Shown here piece after piece: positions 12,350 to 24,781 of a stretch of DNA of 64,000 nucleotides. The notes below the pieces were generated by a model that saw only the letters and a program-made list of their open reading frames with translations, was not told the DNA's origin and did no database searches. Numbering within the stretch: position 1 is the first letter of the stretch; every line of letters starts with the position of its first letter. Made by a program: the position numbers and the translations under genes. The DNA is from the human T2T-CHM13v2.0 reference genome, Homo sapiens, in the NCBI RefSeq assembly GCF_009914755.1, contig NC_060936.1; one strand, given 5' to 3'.

Positions 12350-12655
12350 ACCATCCCTTAAGAACAAAATTTATTTGTTAAAACAGCCTAAAGTCATTTG
12401 GTACCAAATCTGATGAATGACATCTTGAACCCACGCTGTATATGGAAGACAAAGAATGACAAAGTGGCTATAAAGTAATGAGACTGGATTTATCCTGTGG
12501 CTCTGAATGCTGCATTGAATCATTTGCCGTGAAGTAGGGAATACCGCTTTCACATGCAGTGAAGGTTCAGCTCTCACTGCTACTACCAGCAGGTCAGTTG
12601 TACCTCTGCTCCATGTCATCTTCGCTCTGGGACTTCTGCGGATGGGACTCATCTC
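12350..12655 (-). other. Candidate terminal exon of an unidentified minus-strand transcript
   Basis: Minus strand reads CATCTAATTTTCCTCTATCAG|GAGATG (branch-like CTAAT, pyrimidine tract, AG at 12656-12657). AATAAA at 12375-12370. Motif evidence only. Confidence 0.35.
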
Positions 12656-13460
12656 CTGATAGAGGAAAATTAGATGTGGTGAAACACACACTCACAAATG
12701 TTTAGGGTCACTGATGGCAGAGTGAGACTAAGTATACAGCCTGCCATAGATGCTTGAAGGGAAAACTAAATTTATTTAAAAAGATAGCTTTTTTAAAAAT
12801 TAATTGTTTTAAACATCTTTAGTAGGGTGAGAGCACGTTCTTATATATCTCCAACAACTTTAAAATATTTACACTGTACAAAGAAAAGTAATGAATGGGT
12901 AAATAAAAACTGCAATAATTAAAATACATTAGTCTTTTCTTTTGGATAGTGCATTTTTATAGTAGCATTTATCAATTTATTTTCCTAGCTGCCTTTGCCT
13001 TAATTAATATAAAATGAATTTATATTTCCCCAGTGTGGGATAGCAGATTATCCCAAACATAGAGATGGGAAGCTGTGTTTGTTGTTATGGTTCATGCTCA
13101 AAGATGACCTGGATACTGTTCATATGTTAGCCTATGTCAAAAATCCAATGCATCATTTGCAATATTTCCCATGCCAGATTCACCTGAAGAATTGACTTAA
13201 AAACAACAAGAAAAATTATCTATTTAATAAAAATGCTAAGGATGAGTGCCAGGATTTAGATTAATGTGTAAGAGAATCTGGTAGTTCTCCAAGTGCATGG
13301 GGAAGGAAGTAATCATCAGAACTGATAGGGAGGGCAGGTCAGCCCAGGCAGGAGAGGGCTGGGGAGGCCCGGGCAGCAGAGCCCCTTTCTCCATGGGCAA
13401 GGCTGGAACATAATCACGTGGAGGGAAGAGAAGAATAGTTAAGGCAGAAAGTCGTATTAC

Positions 13461-13554
13461 ATTTTGTCTTCCTTTCACGCACTTAGCTTGGGGTTTCCAA
13501 CATGCAGGGGAGAAGATGGAAAGGGCACTCTGTCTAATCTCCATCACAGCAATC
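13461..13554 (-). other. Candidate internal exon (94 nt)
   Basis: Acceptor GCTGTTTCCTTTGTAG|GAT; weak donor AAT|GTAATA (alternative TAA|GTGCGT after 13483); only one open frame. Confidence 0.25.
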
Positions 13555-14239
13555 CTACAAAGGAAACAGCTTTTAAAAGTCGTGAGAAGGATTTATGACT
13601 TCAGGGACCTTTGTGAGTCCTTTTATTAGCCTAGTACATCACTTCTCTCCCATCTTTATGCTGACAACACTTCTCAGCCCTTTCCTGGATTTCTTGTCAA
13701 ACTGGGCAACTATATAAAATGAACAGACAAGAGCTGCAGGAAAGGGCTGATTGATTCCTGTGTATGCCCACACATTCGGAATAAGTTTATTCTGCTAAGC
13801 GGTTCTCTTATGCAGGCTTCCAGAGAGGGAATCTTTGATTGTTTCTGACAACTATGTGTTTCTAAAAAGCTTTATTTTTTTCTTACAGTGGTCTTTCTAA
13901 GAACATAAATCAACATATAAGGAGAATAGCACGCCAGCCTAAATAGTTTTACAGAAGTTATTTGAAGTTTGTAGATAGCTCTGATTAGTGTGGTTTGGCC
14001 ATCAAAGTCAGTAAATGGTGCAGGTTCTTTTAAGCCATTTATGTGGCTGACTTTTTATTTCCACTACCTTTACTTATTAATGTGAAGTTTTTAGGGGACA
14101 ACTCAAATTTTACCTCCTCTGTAAAGCCTTCCTTGATTTCTCCAAGCTATAATTAATTTATTTTCTGTATTCCAACAACAACACAATTCATAGTTGCAAA
14201 AATTTAATGAACAGTTACATATCCTATAGGCATTAGTCT

Positions 14240-14420
14240 GGGCATATTGATTCACTGTTTCTCTACAACAATCCTATGATATCTGTACTGTGATGTTGTG
14301 AGGCCCAGAATGGTTCAGTGACTTGGCCAAGATCTTACAGCTGGAACATGGAAGAACATAGATTTTAACCTAGACATAGGCATTCTTACTCCAGAGCATG
14401 CATTCTTAATTTCTGCCCTC
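14240..14420 (-). mobile_element. MIR
   Basis: ACAACAATCCTATGAT...TGAGGCCCAGAATGGTTCAGTGACTTGGCCAAGATC...CTCCAGAGCATGCATTCTTAA. Confidence 0.75.
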
Positions 14421-14602
14421 TTCTGCAACTCCATAATTTTAATAACATACACCTTCAGAAACAATCATCTGTAGTAGCTAACCTCTACCGGGTGCTGCAC
14501 AAAACTAACTTCAGTGTTTTTATTGAACTTCTTGAGATGTGCACATTCTTCCGATGCTCTCTATCTTTGGTTTACTGATGAGGAAGGAAATACTGAAAGG
14601 AA

Positions 14603-14872
14603 GACCCCTCATGAATGGATTAGTGACCTTATGAAAGAGGTGGGAGAGCTGTTTGCCCCTTTTTGCTTTTCTGCGTTCCACAAAATGAGGACACAGCAAC
14701 AAGGCGCCATCTTGGAAGCAGAGACAGCCAGCCCTCATTTGACACCGAACCTACTGGCTGCTCCTTGATCTTGGACTTCCCAGTCTCTAGAACTGTGAGA
14801 AATAAATGTCTATTATTTATAAGTCACCTAGTCTCAGGTATTTTGTCATAGCAGCACAAATGAACTTAGAAA
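14603..14872 (+). mobile_element. MaLR LTR 3' part (MSTD/MLT1A1-like)
   Basis: AACAAGGCGCCATCTTGGAAGCAGAG...CTTGATCTTGGACTTCCCAG...AGAACTGTGAGAAATAAAT...TAGCAGCACAAA. Confidence 0.85.
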
Positions 14873-14994
14873 AGTCACCTCTTGTGCCAAAACTGAAATA
14901 AATATAGTAGCACTTATGGTCAAGTGATAAGGGATGGAAGAAAATTGGATTATAAAGCGAATGAGGTTTTCAGATTTCCTTTACATAACAGGGA

Positions 14995-15200
14995 ACATAA
15001 TTTAGTGGAAAGCGCTTGTGTACTGAGTCAGAGAGACTGGATTTTAAGTGTAGTTGTACGACTTATTAACTGGGTAAACTTGGCAACTTTCACTTTTAAG
15101 CTTCAAAGTCTCCATATGCTAAGAAGGGTATCTGTACTTACCTTGAAAGACTGTTGTATCAAATGAGAGAGAAACCTGGGGCTCAGTAAATGTTAGTTTC
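14995..15200 (+). mobile_element. MIR
   Basis: TAGTGGAAAGCGCTTG...GAGTCAGAGAGACTGG...GTACTTACCT...GCTCAGTAAATGTTAGTT. Confidence 0.65.
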
Positions 15201-17254
15201 CCTGTCCCTACAGATCATGAATTACTGGTTATACAAGTAGTGCAGAACCCAGTCCAGTACTCTCTATTCCAGGGAGGCCATACTGGCAAAAGTGAATTCA
15301 GAGTAAAGGAAAAACCCAGAGTCTTATTATGTTCCATTCTTTGTTTTCATGCAATCTTTGCTCCTGCTTCTATCACATCATCCACATTTAGTTATGAAGA
15401 AGAGACATTATCAGGTACTATGATTAATACATGAAAGATGTGCTTGAGAATTCCAAGCTTTATACGGTGCCGATTCAGAGATTTCATTGTGACATCATTT
15501 TAATGTCTGAACTAATGGGTAGTTTGGCCACACTTACTAGATTTGAAATTATTATTAATTTCTTTAGTACTGTAATAACATTAATTTAGGTGAACCTTTA
15601 TAACATAGAAAGTGTATAGTATTTAGCAGTAGTTAATATCCTTTAATTTGAAAGAATTGCCAAGTAGTTTTCTCTCTTGGCTTGGTTATAGGTAGCTAAG
15701 TGAGGCTGAATAAAAATTAATCACAAAGGAAACAGCTTGTGTTTTATGTTAAATTTGCCTTTAATGGATTAAAAATATTCTTTGGTAGAATATTTTATCA
15801 TAAAGAGGTATATTTGAATCACCAATGTTATAGAATGTGAAGAGTCCAAATGCCATAAACCGTATGGATAGAACCATTCACCTCCAGATGCACATGTAGG
15901 GTATAAAGTGAGTATAGAAACTTGATATGTCTGTCCATATGCTCATGGAGTTGTGAAGATCTTAATACTGGCTCTGCTATTATTATTCCTCTAGAATCAC
16001 AATATGAAGTTTCGTATTTTTATGTGCATTTATAGTAAATGTTACTCCTTGCTAACCAGAGAGGCATTTAGGCAATCTCTGGGTATGAAAACTGCTGACA
16101 TTTTCTGAATTTCAAATGACAAATGAGATGCTCCTGTCAGTTTACTGTGTAACTCCATAGCATATGGTGCTTCTGCTGGTGGGTGTTATTTCAAAGTTTG
16201 CAAATCACACCACGAGAAAGTCCCTCTGGTGGGCTCCTGGAATACTTAGCAACTGTGAATCTGAAGTGACAGTACAGAGAGAAAGAACTAAAAAAATAGC
16301 TTTTTTTTGACAAGGAGAAGGCAGTACAAAGTGAATGATAAGTTAATACAAGGAGGTGGAGGAGTAGAGACACCAATCTAGCAAAAAAAGAAAAGAAGCA
16401 GTTTTCCGTTTTATAGGAAAAACTAGGAAATTATCTGAATTCTGAAAACAGAGTGTATAATGTCAGGTTTCAGAGAAAAAATAAGGATTAAGAGACTGCT
16501 AGAATGGGAATAATTGTCAACTATGCTACACAGAAGTTTAGAAATGAAGGAGATAATTGTTCCATGAGATATAGAATGGTGACAAAATGATATTTTATCC
16601 CAGATGTTTTAACCCCAAATGATGAAGGTTTGAAAATAAAGCCTCTGCTATCCAAAATGGGGCAGTTTATTTAAAACCAGTTCCCAGCAGAGCCTTGTTT
16701 CTTTCATTGCGATCTGTTTTAGTGGGCACATTGTCTTGATTTGTTCATTAGTGCCCACATTCCAGAGTGTTTCTACAGTGGTCAAGAGACCAGTCAATTA
16801 AATGGAAAAGCCAGTGAAAGTGGTTGCTAGAACTAATTGACTGACCAGTTTCATAACAATAGTTCAACCAACTGCCCTAAGGACCACTGCCCAAAGCTCA
16901 TTTCTCCACATTCCTCTTTGGAATCCAAAAACTTTCCATTGTTCTTCAACCACAAAATTTTTTATTTATTCCTAAAGGGTGCAGAGAAAGTGTGAGCAAC
17001 CTAAAATAATGGGTTTGTTTGTTTGTTTGTTTTAAGTGGAACCTTCTATTCCTCTCATTCTGGAATCTTTAAGTAATTTTACCCCCCAGTCCATGGGATC
17101 CTAGATATGTTTTCATGTATGAAATGAGAAATAGCCAGTAAAATAAGAAAGTGGGGTGAATGGTGTTGAATCTCTTCAGATATTTTAGGTTCTTGAACTT
17201 ATAGGTGTTAGGAGTTGATCTCAGATAATAACAAGAAACAACAACAATAATAAT

Positions 17255-17392
17255 AGGTAAAATGTATTATATTCTAAACATGTCATGTGAATTCAAATTT
17301 ATAATCCTTACAAAAGCAAGAAAACCTTACTATCCCCATTTCACAGATGAGGAAATTAAGGCACAGAGGGGTCAAGCACCTTATTTAAGGTC
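17255..17392 (-). mobile_element. MIR
   Basis: TATCCCCATTTCACAGATGAGGAAATTAAGGCACAGAGGGGTCAAG. Confidence 0.8.
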
Positions 17393-17439
17393 CCTGGGGA
17401 AGGAGTGTAGCAGTTACCTCCTTCTAGTATTGATGTAGA

Positions 17440-17940
17440 GTAGAAACTGGTTAATTTGTCTGCAAAACCTTCGAGACCCCTGCCCCTGTCCCCATACACT
17501 CACCAGCCCTAAGGTGAGCCATTACAGTCCACCTTTGTGGTTTCTGACTATGACCCTTCTTCTCAGACCATAGGAAATTGGATCTAAGGGTGGATCATAT
17601 TATACAAAGTCTAGATTGTGCCAAACATTTCTTTTCCTGTGGGACTTATCTTAGGCTTGGGGTGACCCAGAGGCACCTGAGCAAGCAGAAGAGGCCATTG
17701 GCTGATCCAGGAAAGGACCACCATAGAGGGCAGTGGGAGTGAGGGGCCGGAGAAGGAAAGAGCAAACTCAACTGTCAACATTTTACTCCCCAGCTCTTGT
17801 CTGCAGGAGATCTGATGTACTACTTGTGATGGAGTTCCATGGGAAACCCCTATGGCCTTCTACTAAAACCTTTTAAAATTTCTTCTTAACCATGTTTGAG
17901 CAAGTTTCTGTTAAATACAACCAAATTATGCTTAAGAATT
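17440..17940 (+). mobile_element. Very old MaLR-type LTR (MLT1 family, subfamily uncertain)
   Basis: 3' end CTTCTTAACCATGTTTGAGCAAGTTTCTGTTAAATACAACCAAA resembles MLT1 3' termini. Confidence 0.4.
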
Positions 17941-19513
17941 ATGATTCTTCTTTGAATTATGATTCTTCTCCTGTTCTGTATCAGACCAAACCACTCTGAA
18001 TAGTTACATCAAAATGCATGTTCATTCACAGCCTCCCAAAACATCTATCCCCCTTTACCCCCGGTATTGATATTGTTAGCAGAAGGCAAGATTGACAAAG
18101 AGTAAAAAAAGAGGCCAAGTACTGCTTACTACCGACAAGATCGGGAATGGCTTTTAACAAGATAGTATATGTCAACTGACCTACTGTAAGTGTCTTGAAA
18201 AATGTTTGTTTTCCTTCATTTCTATTTATTCAGTAAAATTATAGCAACTCTTGGTTCTGTATTTTATAGGTTAATACAAATAGAAATTTTAACTCTTGCA
18301 GAATTATGTTAACTTTGCTGTTAAAGCGTGTGTCTCTATTTTCAGTTGGGGAAATGTGCAGTGAGGCAGTGTGGTTAAAAGTGGAGTCAGGCCAGCTGAC
18401 AACAAGAGAACCCACCTCATGGGCTTAGAGCAGTGGCTGGCTCACTGAAAGAGTTCAGGGAATGTTTGCATTAATTATCATTTTATTATCATCATTATGC
18501 CTCTGACCCTTCTCAACAGCATAATTCCTACATTCTTTGGATTGGTACCAACCAAGAATATTCTTTAAGTTCTGTGGAAAGACATCATTAGTACGTTTGA
18601 CTTACAATAGCTGTCTGTTTTTCCTCTCTTAAAAGTAATGATTGTTAGGCCCTTTACCTCTTATTTGCTTGCAAATCTAATTTTTTCAGCATTTCTCCAA
18701 GAAATACAGCAACACACTCAAAGGTTTTTCATAGACTTTTATTTTGTGTGACACTTTTCTAGAATATGGGAATTGTTGAGCAAAGACATTTTAATAGTAC
18801 TAGATTTGAATTTTCTTTCCAACTGTTTACTTTTTCCTCGATTTTTTAGTAAATGAGGATGTCCCTCTCAAGGCTTGTTTATAGTGATGCTCAACAAAAT
18901 CCAGGTCATCATAGGGTACAGCTCTTCCACTTTTCTGCTTTCATTTAATATCAAAATATTAGAGAAAAGAGGAGAAATAATTTTAAAAAGTGAAGTGTAT
19001 AGAATCCAACAGAAAATATGACAGGAAATGTTAGATTTTACATATATAGTAAGTATATATGTAAGTATATAATATCTTCTTTCTTTGTAACTTCACCACA
19101 CTCAATAAATGTTGACCAAATTAACTGACCTTAGTTCTATCCTTAATACATTGGAAATTGAACGTTTTTCTTCTATATATAATTAGCATATTTCTTCAGA
19201 GCAGCAGGATAAACAGACTGCTAGGTGTTTTTAGTAATGCTATCACTTAATTTCACAGAAAAATATTACAAACAGGAGTAGATGACAAGCCACAGTTTCA
19301 TGCTGTGTAACTCTATGCAAGTTTCTATTATGATTATATCCCTTTTAGTGGAGATTCTATTGTGATTTGATGTCACAAAATATCACCTCTCTCTGACAGA
19401 TATTGTAAGCCAAACTGCTTTTAACAGCCAGTCAGTCTCAAAATGACAGAAGTCCTGTATCCTCATCAGATCCAGCACTGGGAAGGGTTTTGTGTTTTAT
19501 CTGTCACACTTAC

Positions 19514-19606
19514 TTGATGTACATAACATCAGTTGGAAGCACCACATTTGTAAGAACAAGTTGTCCAGGTGTTCCGTTGACATCAATGCTCAGAAAGTAC
19601 AGGCTG
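19514..19606 (-). other. Candidate internal exon (93 nt, or 90 nt via NAGNAG)
   Basis: Acceptor CTCCCTCTCTGATAACACAG|CAG; consensus-like donor CAA|GTAAGT; single open frame SLYFLSIDVNGTPGQLVLTNVVLPTDVMYI. Confidence 0.3.
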
Positions 19607-19966
19607 CTGTGTTATCAGAGAGGGAGCCACCAGCATAGGAAATCAGTTGCCATGTAGGTGAACTCAGTCAGAAGTGAGACATGAAGTAGTGCCCAGTGTC
19701 TACTGAGTTCAGGTTGGAGGCATGGCCAATAGAAATAGCTAGGAGATTATGTTAACATAAATTGTTTTTGAGAGCCATCCATCCAAATAGAACGGTTTGC
19801 TAAGAGCAAACTTGACTAAGAACAACCCTTGAGCACCAGGTAGCCCAAACCATGTTTTCATGACTCTAAAAAAACCCCACCAGGGCCATAGAGTGCCTTT
19901 GGGAAAGTCTGGAAAGGGCATTCCTTCTGGATGGACATATTAGGAAAAGGCTGATTTCTAGTGGAC

Positions 19967-20502
19967 TGTGCCAGTTATCCATCCACTCAACCACTAATCC
20001 CTTCTTCATTGCCCTGCTAATGATACTAGAGCATTTCTCCTTTGCCAGCTGACACTAAGTTAAGCTGTCAATAGAGGGCACTGAAGGAACACTGGAGGAA
20101 GAAGGAGCTTCTCTTCCTGGTTCGAGTGTGTGCTCTTTTGGCATCTATGGCACCTCTGCCTCTGCATTGGCATCTTCCCCCAGCTTTCCAAAAGAGGGCT
20201 TCCCAGTAAGTTCGGCTCTTGCTGCACCTCAGCAAACTTGTCTACATTCAGTGGACCCCACCATCCTCTCTATAATAAAGCCTGTATCTCAGCCCTGGTA
20301 GGCAGGGGTCTTTTGTCTAATTTATTCCTTATTTGGGTGCTTTGCCTGTGTCCTAGAGATAGTGTCTGCTCCCTAAATCTGTTATCCTTGTATTTAGAGT
20401 TCTTTCGATGCTTAATAGCTAACCCTCTGTTCCTCCAATCTACTGTTGCAGTTAATTATTTATTTATGGTTTCTGTCTCTAGAATGAACCTTGAGTGACA
20501 CA
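19967..20502 (+). mobile_element. LTR41-type ERVL solo LTR
   Basis: Starts TGTGCCAGTTAT; contains CATTTCTCCTTTGCCAGCTGACAC...GTTAAGCTGTCAATAGAGGGCACTG; ends TGAACCTTGAGTGACACA. Confidence 0.75.
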
Positions 20503-20876
20503 GTGAATGAGTTACAATAGTGGCCATTTGACAAGATTTACTGAGTAAAGGTGCCTTTGTGCAAAAGAATAAATGCCTCTCTCTGCCAGTGACAGCAGCT
20601 CTCACCAAGACCTTCAACTTCTTGGGCAGATGAGAGTTGGACTTCAGCCTCCATTTGTGTACATTGGACAGGCACCTTTGAGGAGGTGCACAGCTTGTAC
20701 AACCATTGCCCTTCCTGGGGCCACTGAAGCTCTATGAATTGAAAGATGAATTGCTATGTTTCTGCTCTTAAGATGATCTCAGGCTAGTGGAAGAGACAGA
20801 GAAGTAAACAGACAAAGGGAAATAGGTTTTAATGGAGGGAAATGTAGGATACTATGGAAAAATGTAGGACAGACCC

Positions 20877-21836
20877 TGTATCTATTGCTGCATAAGAAAT
20901 CACTCCAAAACATGGAGACTTAAAACAACAATAAATATTTATTTGCTATGGTTTGGATGTCTGTCCTCTCCAAACTTCATGTTGAAATTTGGTCCCCAAT
21001 GTTGGGAGTGGGGCCTAATGGGAGATGTTTGGGTCTTTGGCCTGGATCCCGCATGAATGGCTTGGTGCCATTCTCATTGTAGTAAGTTCTTGCCCTGTTA
21101 GTTCCTGTGAGAGCCAATTGTTAAAAAGAGTCTAGCACTCCCCTTCCCCTCTCTCTGACTCTTTCCCTTTTGCCATATGATCTCCACACACACCAGTCCT
21201 TCTTCACCTTCCACCATGAGTGGAAGAAGCCTGAGGCCCTCACCAGATGAAAATGCCCAATCTTGAACATTCTAGCCATCAGAATAATAAGCCAAATAAA
21301 CATTTTTTTTCTTTATACATTACCCAGTCTCAGGTAATCTAGTATAGCAGCACTAAACAGACTTAAGAAGTTTCCTTACACAGTTTCTGCGAGTCAGGAA
21401 TTTGGGAGCAGCTTAGCTTAATGATTCTGGCATGAGATCTCTTATGAGGTTATAGTCAAGATGTCAGCCAGGGCTGCAGTCAACTGAGGGCTTGCCTGGG
21501 GCTGGAGAATTTGCTTCTAAGATGGCTCACTCACATGGCTGGCAAGTTGATGCTGGTGGTTGGCACAAGGCCTTACTACACTGACTTCTCCATAGGGATG
21601 ACTGAATAATCTCAAGATATGGCATCTGGCTTTCCCCAGAGTAAGCGATTGAAGAGAGAGCAAGGTAGGACTTACTACTTTTATTATGACTTAGACTCAA
21701 AAGTCAGACATTTGACAATTTTGCATAGATTACATAGGTCAGGTCAGCTTTATTCAGTGGGAGAGGAGACCATCTGGAGACCTTACCATCAGAAAGTAAA
21801 AACCATTGGGGGCCATTGTGAAGGCTGGGTACCCCA
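20877..21836 (-). mobile_element. MLT1H/F-like MaLR LTR, split by an MST insertion
   Basis: TATTGCTGCATAAGAAATCACTCCAAAAC...CAGTTTCTGCGAGTCAGGAATTTGGGAGCAGCTTAGCT...AAGATGGCTCACTCACATGGCTGGCAAG. Confidence 0.85.
20944..21369 (+). mobile_element. MSTB1-like MaLR solo LTR
   Basis: TGCTATGGTTTGGATGTCTGTCC...CATGTTGAAATTTG...ATTACCCAGTCTCAGGT...ATAGCAGCACTAAACAGACT. Confidence 0.9.
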
Positions 21837-21839
21837 GAT

Positions 21840-22160
21840 CTCCTAGAACAAACTGGAGAGAGGCAAGCTTTCTGAAGCAGAGAGCACTGGAGGTGAGTCT
21901 GGCAGTCAGAGTTTAAAAAGCGAAGTGGGGCAGAAGAATGTTGCAAACAAAGGCATCATCACATGCAAAGCCATGGGAAAGTGAATGAGCAATGAGAAGT
22001 AGTGGGGTATCACTCTGTGGTAGGATTTGGGGTTTAGAGATAGGAAGTTGGTGCTGGGTGAATTCAGTGAGAAATAATGTAAGGCTGGATAAATCACCAA
22101 AGGTAAAGTCATAAAGAACCTTGCTTGGCATTTTTCCTTTTACAGGATAAGGGCAGTCAC
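21840..22160 (-). mobile_element. L2 fragment
   Basis: Purine-rich antisense L2 pattern: GCTTTCTGAAGCAGAGAGCACTGGAGGTGAGTCT...CATCACATGCAAAGCCATGG. Confidence 0.5.
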
Positions 22161-22650
22161 ACAGACAGACTGTAATTATTCTTAGTACCTGCACCTCAAA
22201 AGGAAGCCATCCAAATTCAGTGCACTTTTTGCAGTGTTAATTTCCAATTCTTCTTTGTGGAGTCAATCACTTTCTGTATGCATTTCCTGGCTTCTTCTCT
22301 TTTCTTTCTCCAGTTCTTTTCTCCTTAAACACATTTGAAGCATAAGGGCATGGCCAGTGTGAACTGAGAGGCTACGTTCCACTTTTCCCCAGTCATGATG
22401 GCAAATGCCCTGTGTGGACCTGCTGGCTTGCTGTGGGTGTTGTAGGGACTCTGGCCAGAGACACACGAAATGATATCAGCTTCAGTCAGTGACAGCGCTT
22501 GAGTCAAGGGACATCATTCTGAAAGGACATTTTATTCATGTGTCAGCATGGCAGATCATCTGGGGATGCTGTCTTTTTAGCTGTCCTCATAAACAAGGAA
22601 AATAATGCTGTCAACATTAGCATTTTCAAAGGTAATGGACAGCAGTGTAT

Positions 22651-22803
<153 letters not shown>

Positions 22804-23100
22804 TACATTTATCGATCAGTTAGGCCTGGGACACTGGCTGGATTAGGAAACATTCTCTGACTCTTTCAGGAACGGAAGCAATCCATTAAAGTCAATTTCC
22901 AATTTTCTATAGGAGGAGTAGGAATAAGACAGAAAATAAAAATCCTTATATAATCATCCAATCCTATTTTTATTACTATTGTCATATTCTTTTCTGGAAA
23001 CACCTTAGAGGTGTTAGCAAGTCTGCTTGCAAGTAACAGATTGCCTAATTTTAGTCCCTTCCACTAACTCACTCACTTGCCTTGTCAATTTACTTACTCT

Positions 23101-23416
<316 letters not shown>

Positions 23417-24226
23417 AACTTTCTCTTCTTAAGACAGTTGGCTAACCCACAAAGTTAAGAAATAGGCATAGTTAGCCTCTAAGTCTCTTTTAGACTGAAA
23501 AGATCCCATGTTATGAATTGCACTTTTTGAAGCCACACTCTTATTGGAGATGCTAAAAGATATGGGAAGTGTGAGATATGAAGGGAGATATAGTAATTTA
23601 GAAGCCATACAACCAATCTCTGAATAATTAAAATTTTTTTATACCACTAGAGCTTGTGTTTTACTTGCTGTTGACATGACTTAGATAACAAAGGAAAGAG
23701 TAATCAAAAAACTCTTAATGAAGAAGTCCATTTTGCTGATTCCTAGTCTAAGTTTTTCCGAAAGTATCCTAACTGGATTAGTACAGTTCCCGTGGAAAAG
23801 ACTATATACTCTTAAAATTCACTGTCCATTTTTAAAAATATAAAACACACACACACATGCACATACACACACATACATGTATATTTTAATATGATCCTGC
23901 TCCTCCTTATTCAGTCCACTGTTCCAAAGACACTTCTTGGTTTCTTCTAAGTTTTCCTAGTGCTTTGCTGCTGACTTGCGCGACTCATGACTGCAGAGGC
24001 CCAGGACTGAGAAGCCATTCCAGCAGTACAGAAAGATACAGAAAGCCTGACAGACAGGAACAAAATTCCATAAAGGAAAAACACAATGGAGTTCACAAGG
24101 CAGCAGCATAGTGGAGGACAAAACCTTGGGGTGAATGCTGATCACCTCAAAGTGTTCTTTCTTAATTACAGATATTTGAGTTGACCATGGACAAAATCTT
24201 GACTGATCACTTAGTTCATTAGCAAG

Positions 24227-24775
24227 TCTAGGGGTTTATTATGTGTTAGCTTGACTGAGCCATGGGGTGCCCAGTATTTGGTGAAACCTTTTTCTGAGTA
24301 TTTCTGTGGGAGTGTTTTTGGATGAAATTGAAATGAAATCTGTAGATTTAGTGAAGCAGATTGCTCTTCCTAATGTGAGTGGGCCTCGTTCAATCAGCTG
24401 AAGACCTAAACAGAAGAAAAAGGCTGACTTTCCCCCAAGAGAAAACTCCTCGTTACTGACTGCCCTTAAACTGGGACATTGGCTTTTTTCTGCCTTCTGA
24501 CTTCAACTGAAACGTTGGCTCTTCCAGGGTCTCCCCAGCTTGCCGACTCAACCTGCAGATCTTGGAACTTAGCCCCCACGTTGTTATGAGCCAATTCCTT
24601 GTAATAAATCTACCTATATATTCTTCCCTTCTTTCCTTGCTGTGTTTGTCAGGCTTCTCCAGAGAAACAGAACATCTATTTATATATCTATATCTGTATC
24701 TCTCTACATAGTATACATGTATGTACTGTATACAAACTATTGATTCTGTTTCTCTGGAGAAGCCTGACAAAGACA
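24227..24775 (+). mobile_element. MLT2B-type ERVL solo LTR
   Basis: TTATGTGTTAGCTTGACTGAGCC...GCAGATTGCTCTTCCTAATGTGAGTGGGCCTC...TTCTGTTTCTCTGGAGAAGCCTGACAAAGACA. 5-bp TSD GCAAG at 24222-24226 and 24776-24780. Confidence 0.9.
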
Positions 24776-24781
24776 GCAAGG
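24635..24781. repeat. Inverted repeat: 38-bp arms (1 mismatch), 71-bp spacer
   Basis: CCTTGCTGTGTTTGTCAGGCTTCTCCAGAGAAACAGAA (24635-24672) versus the reverse complement of 24744-24781. Confidence 0.95.
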
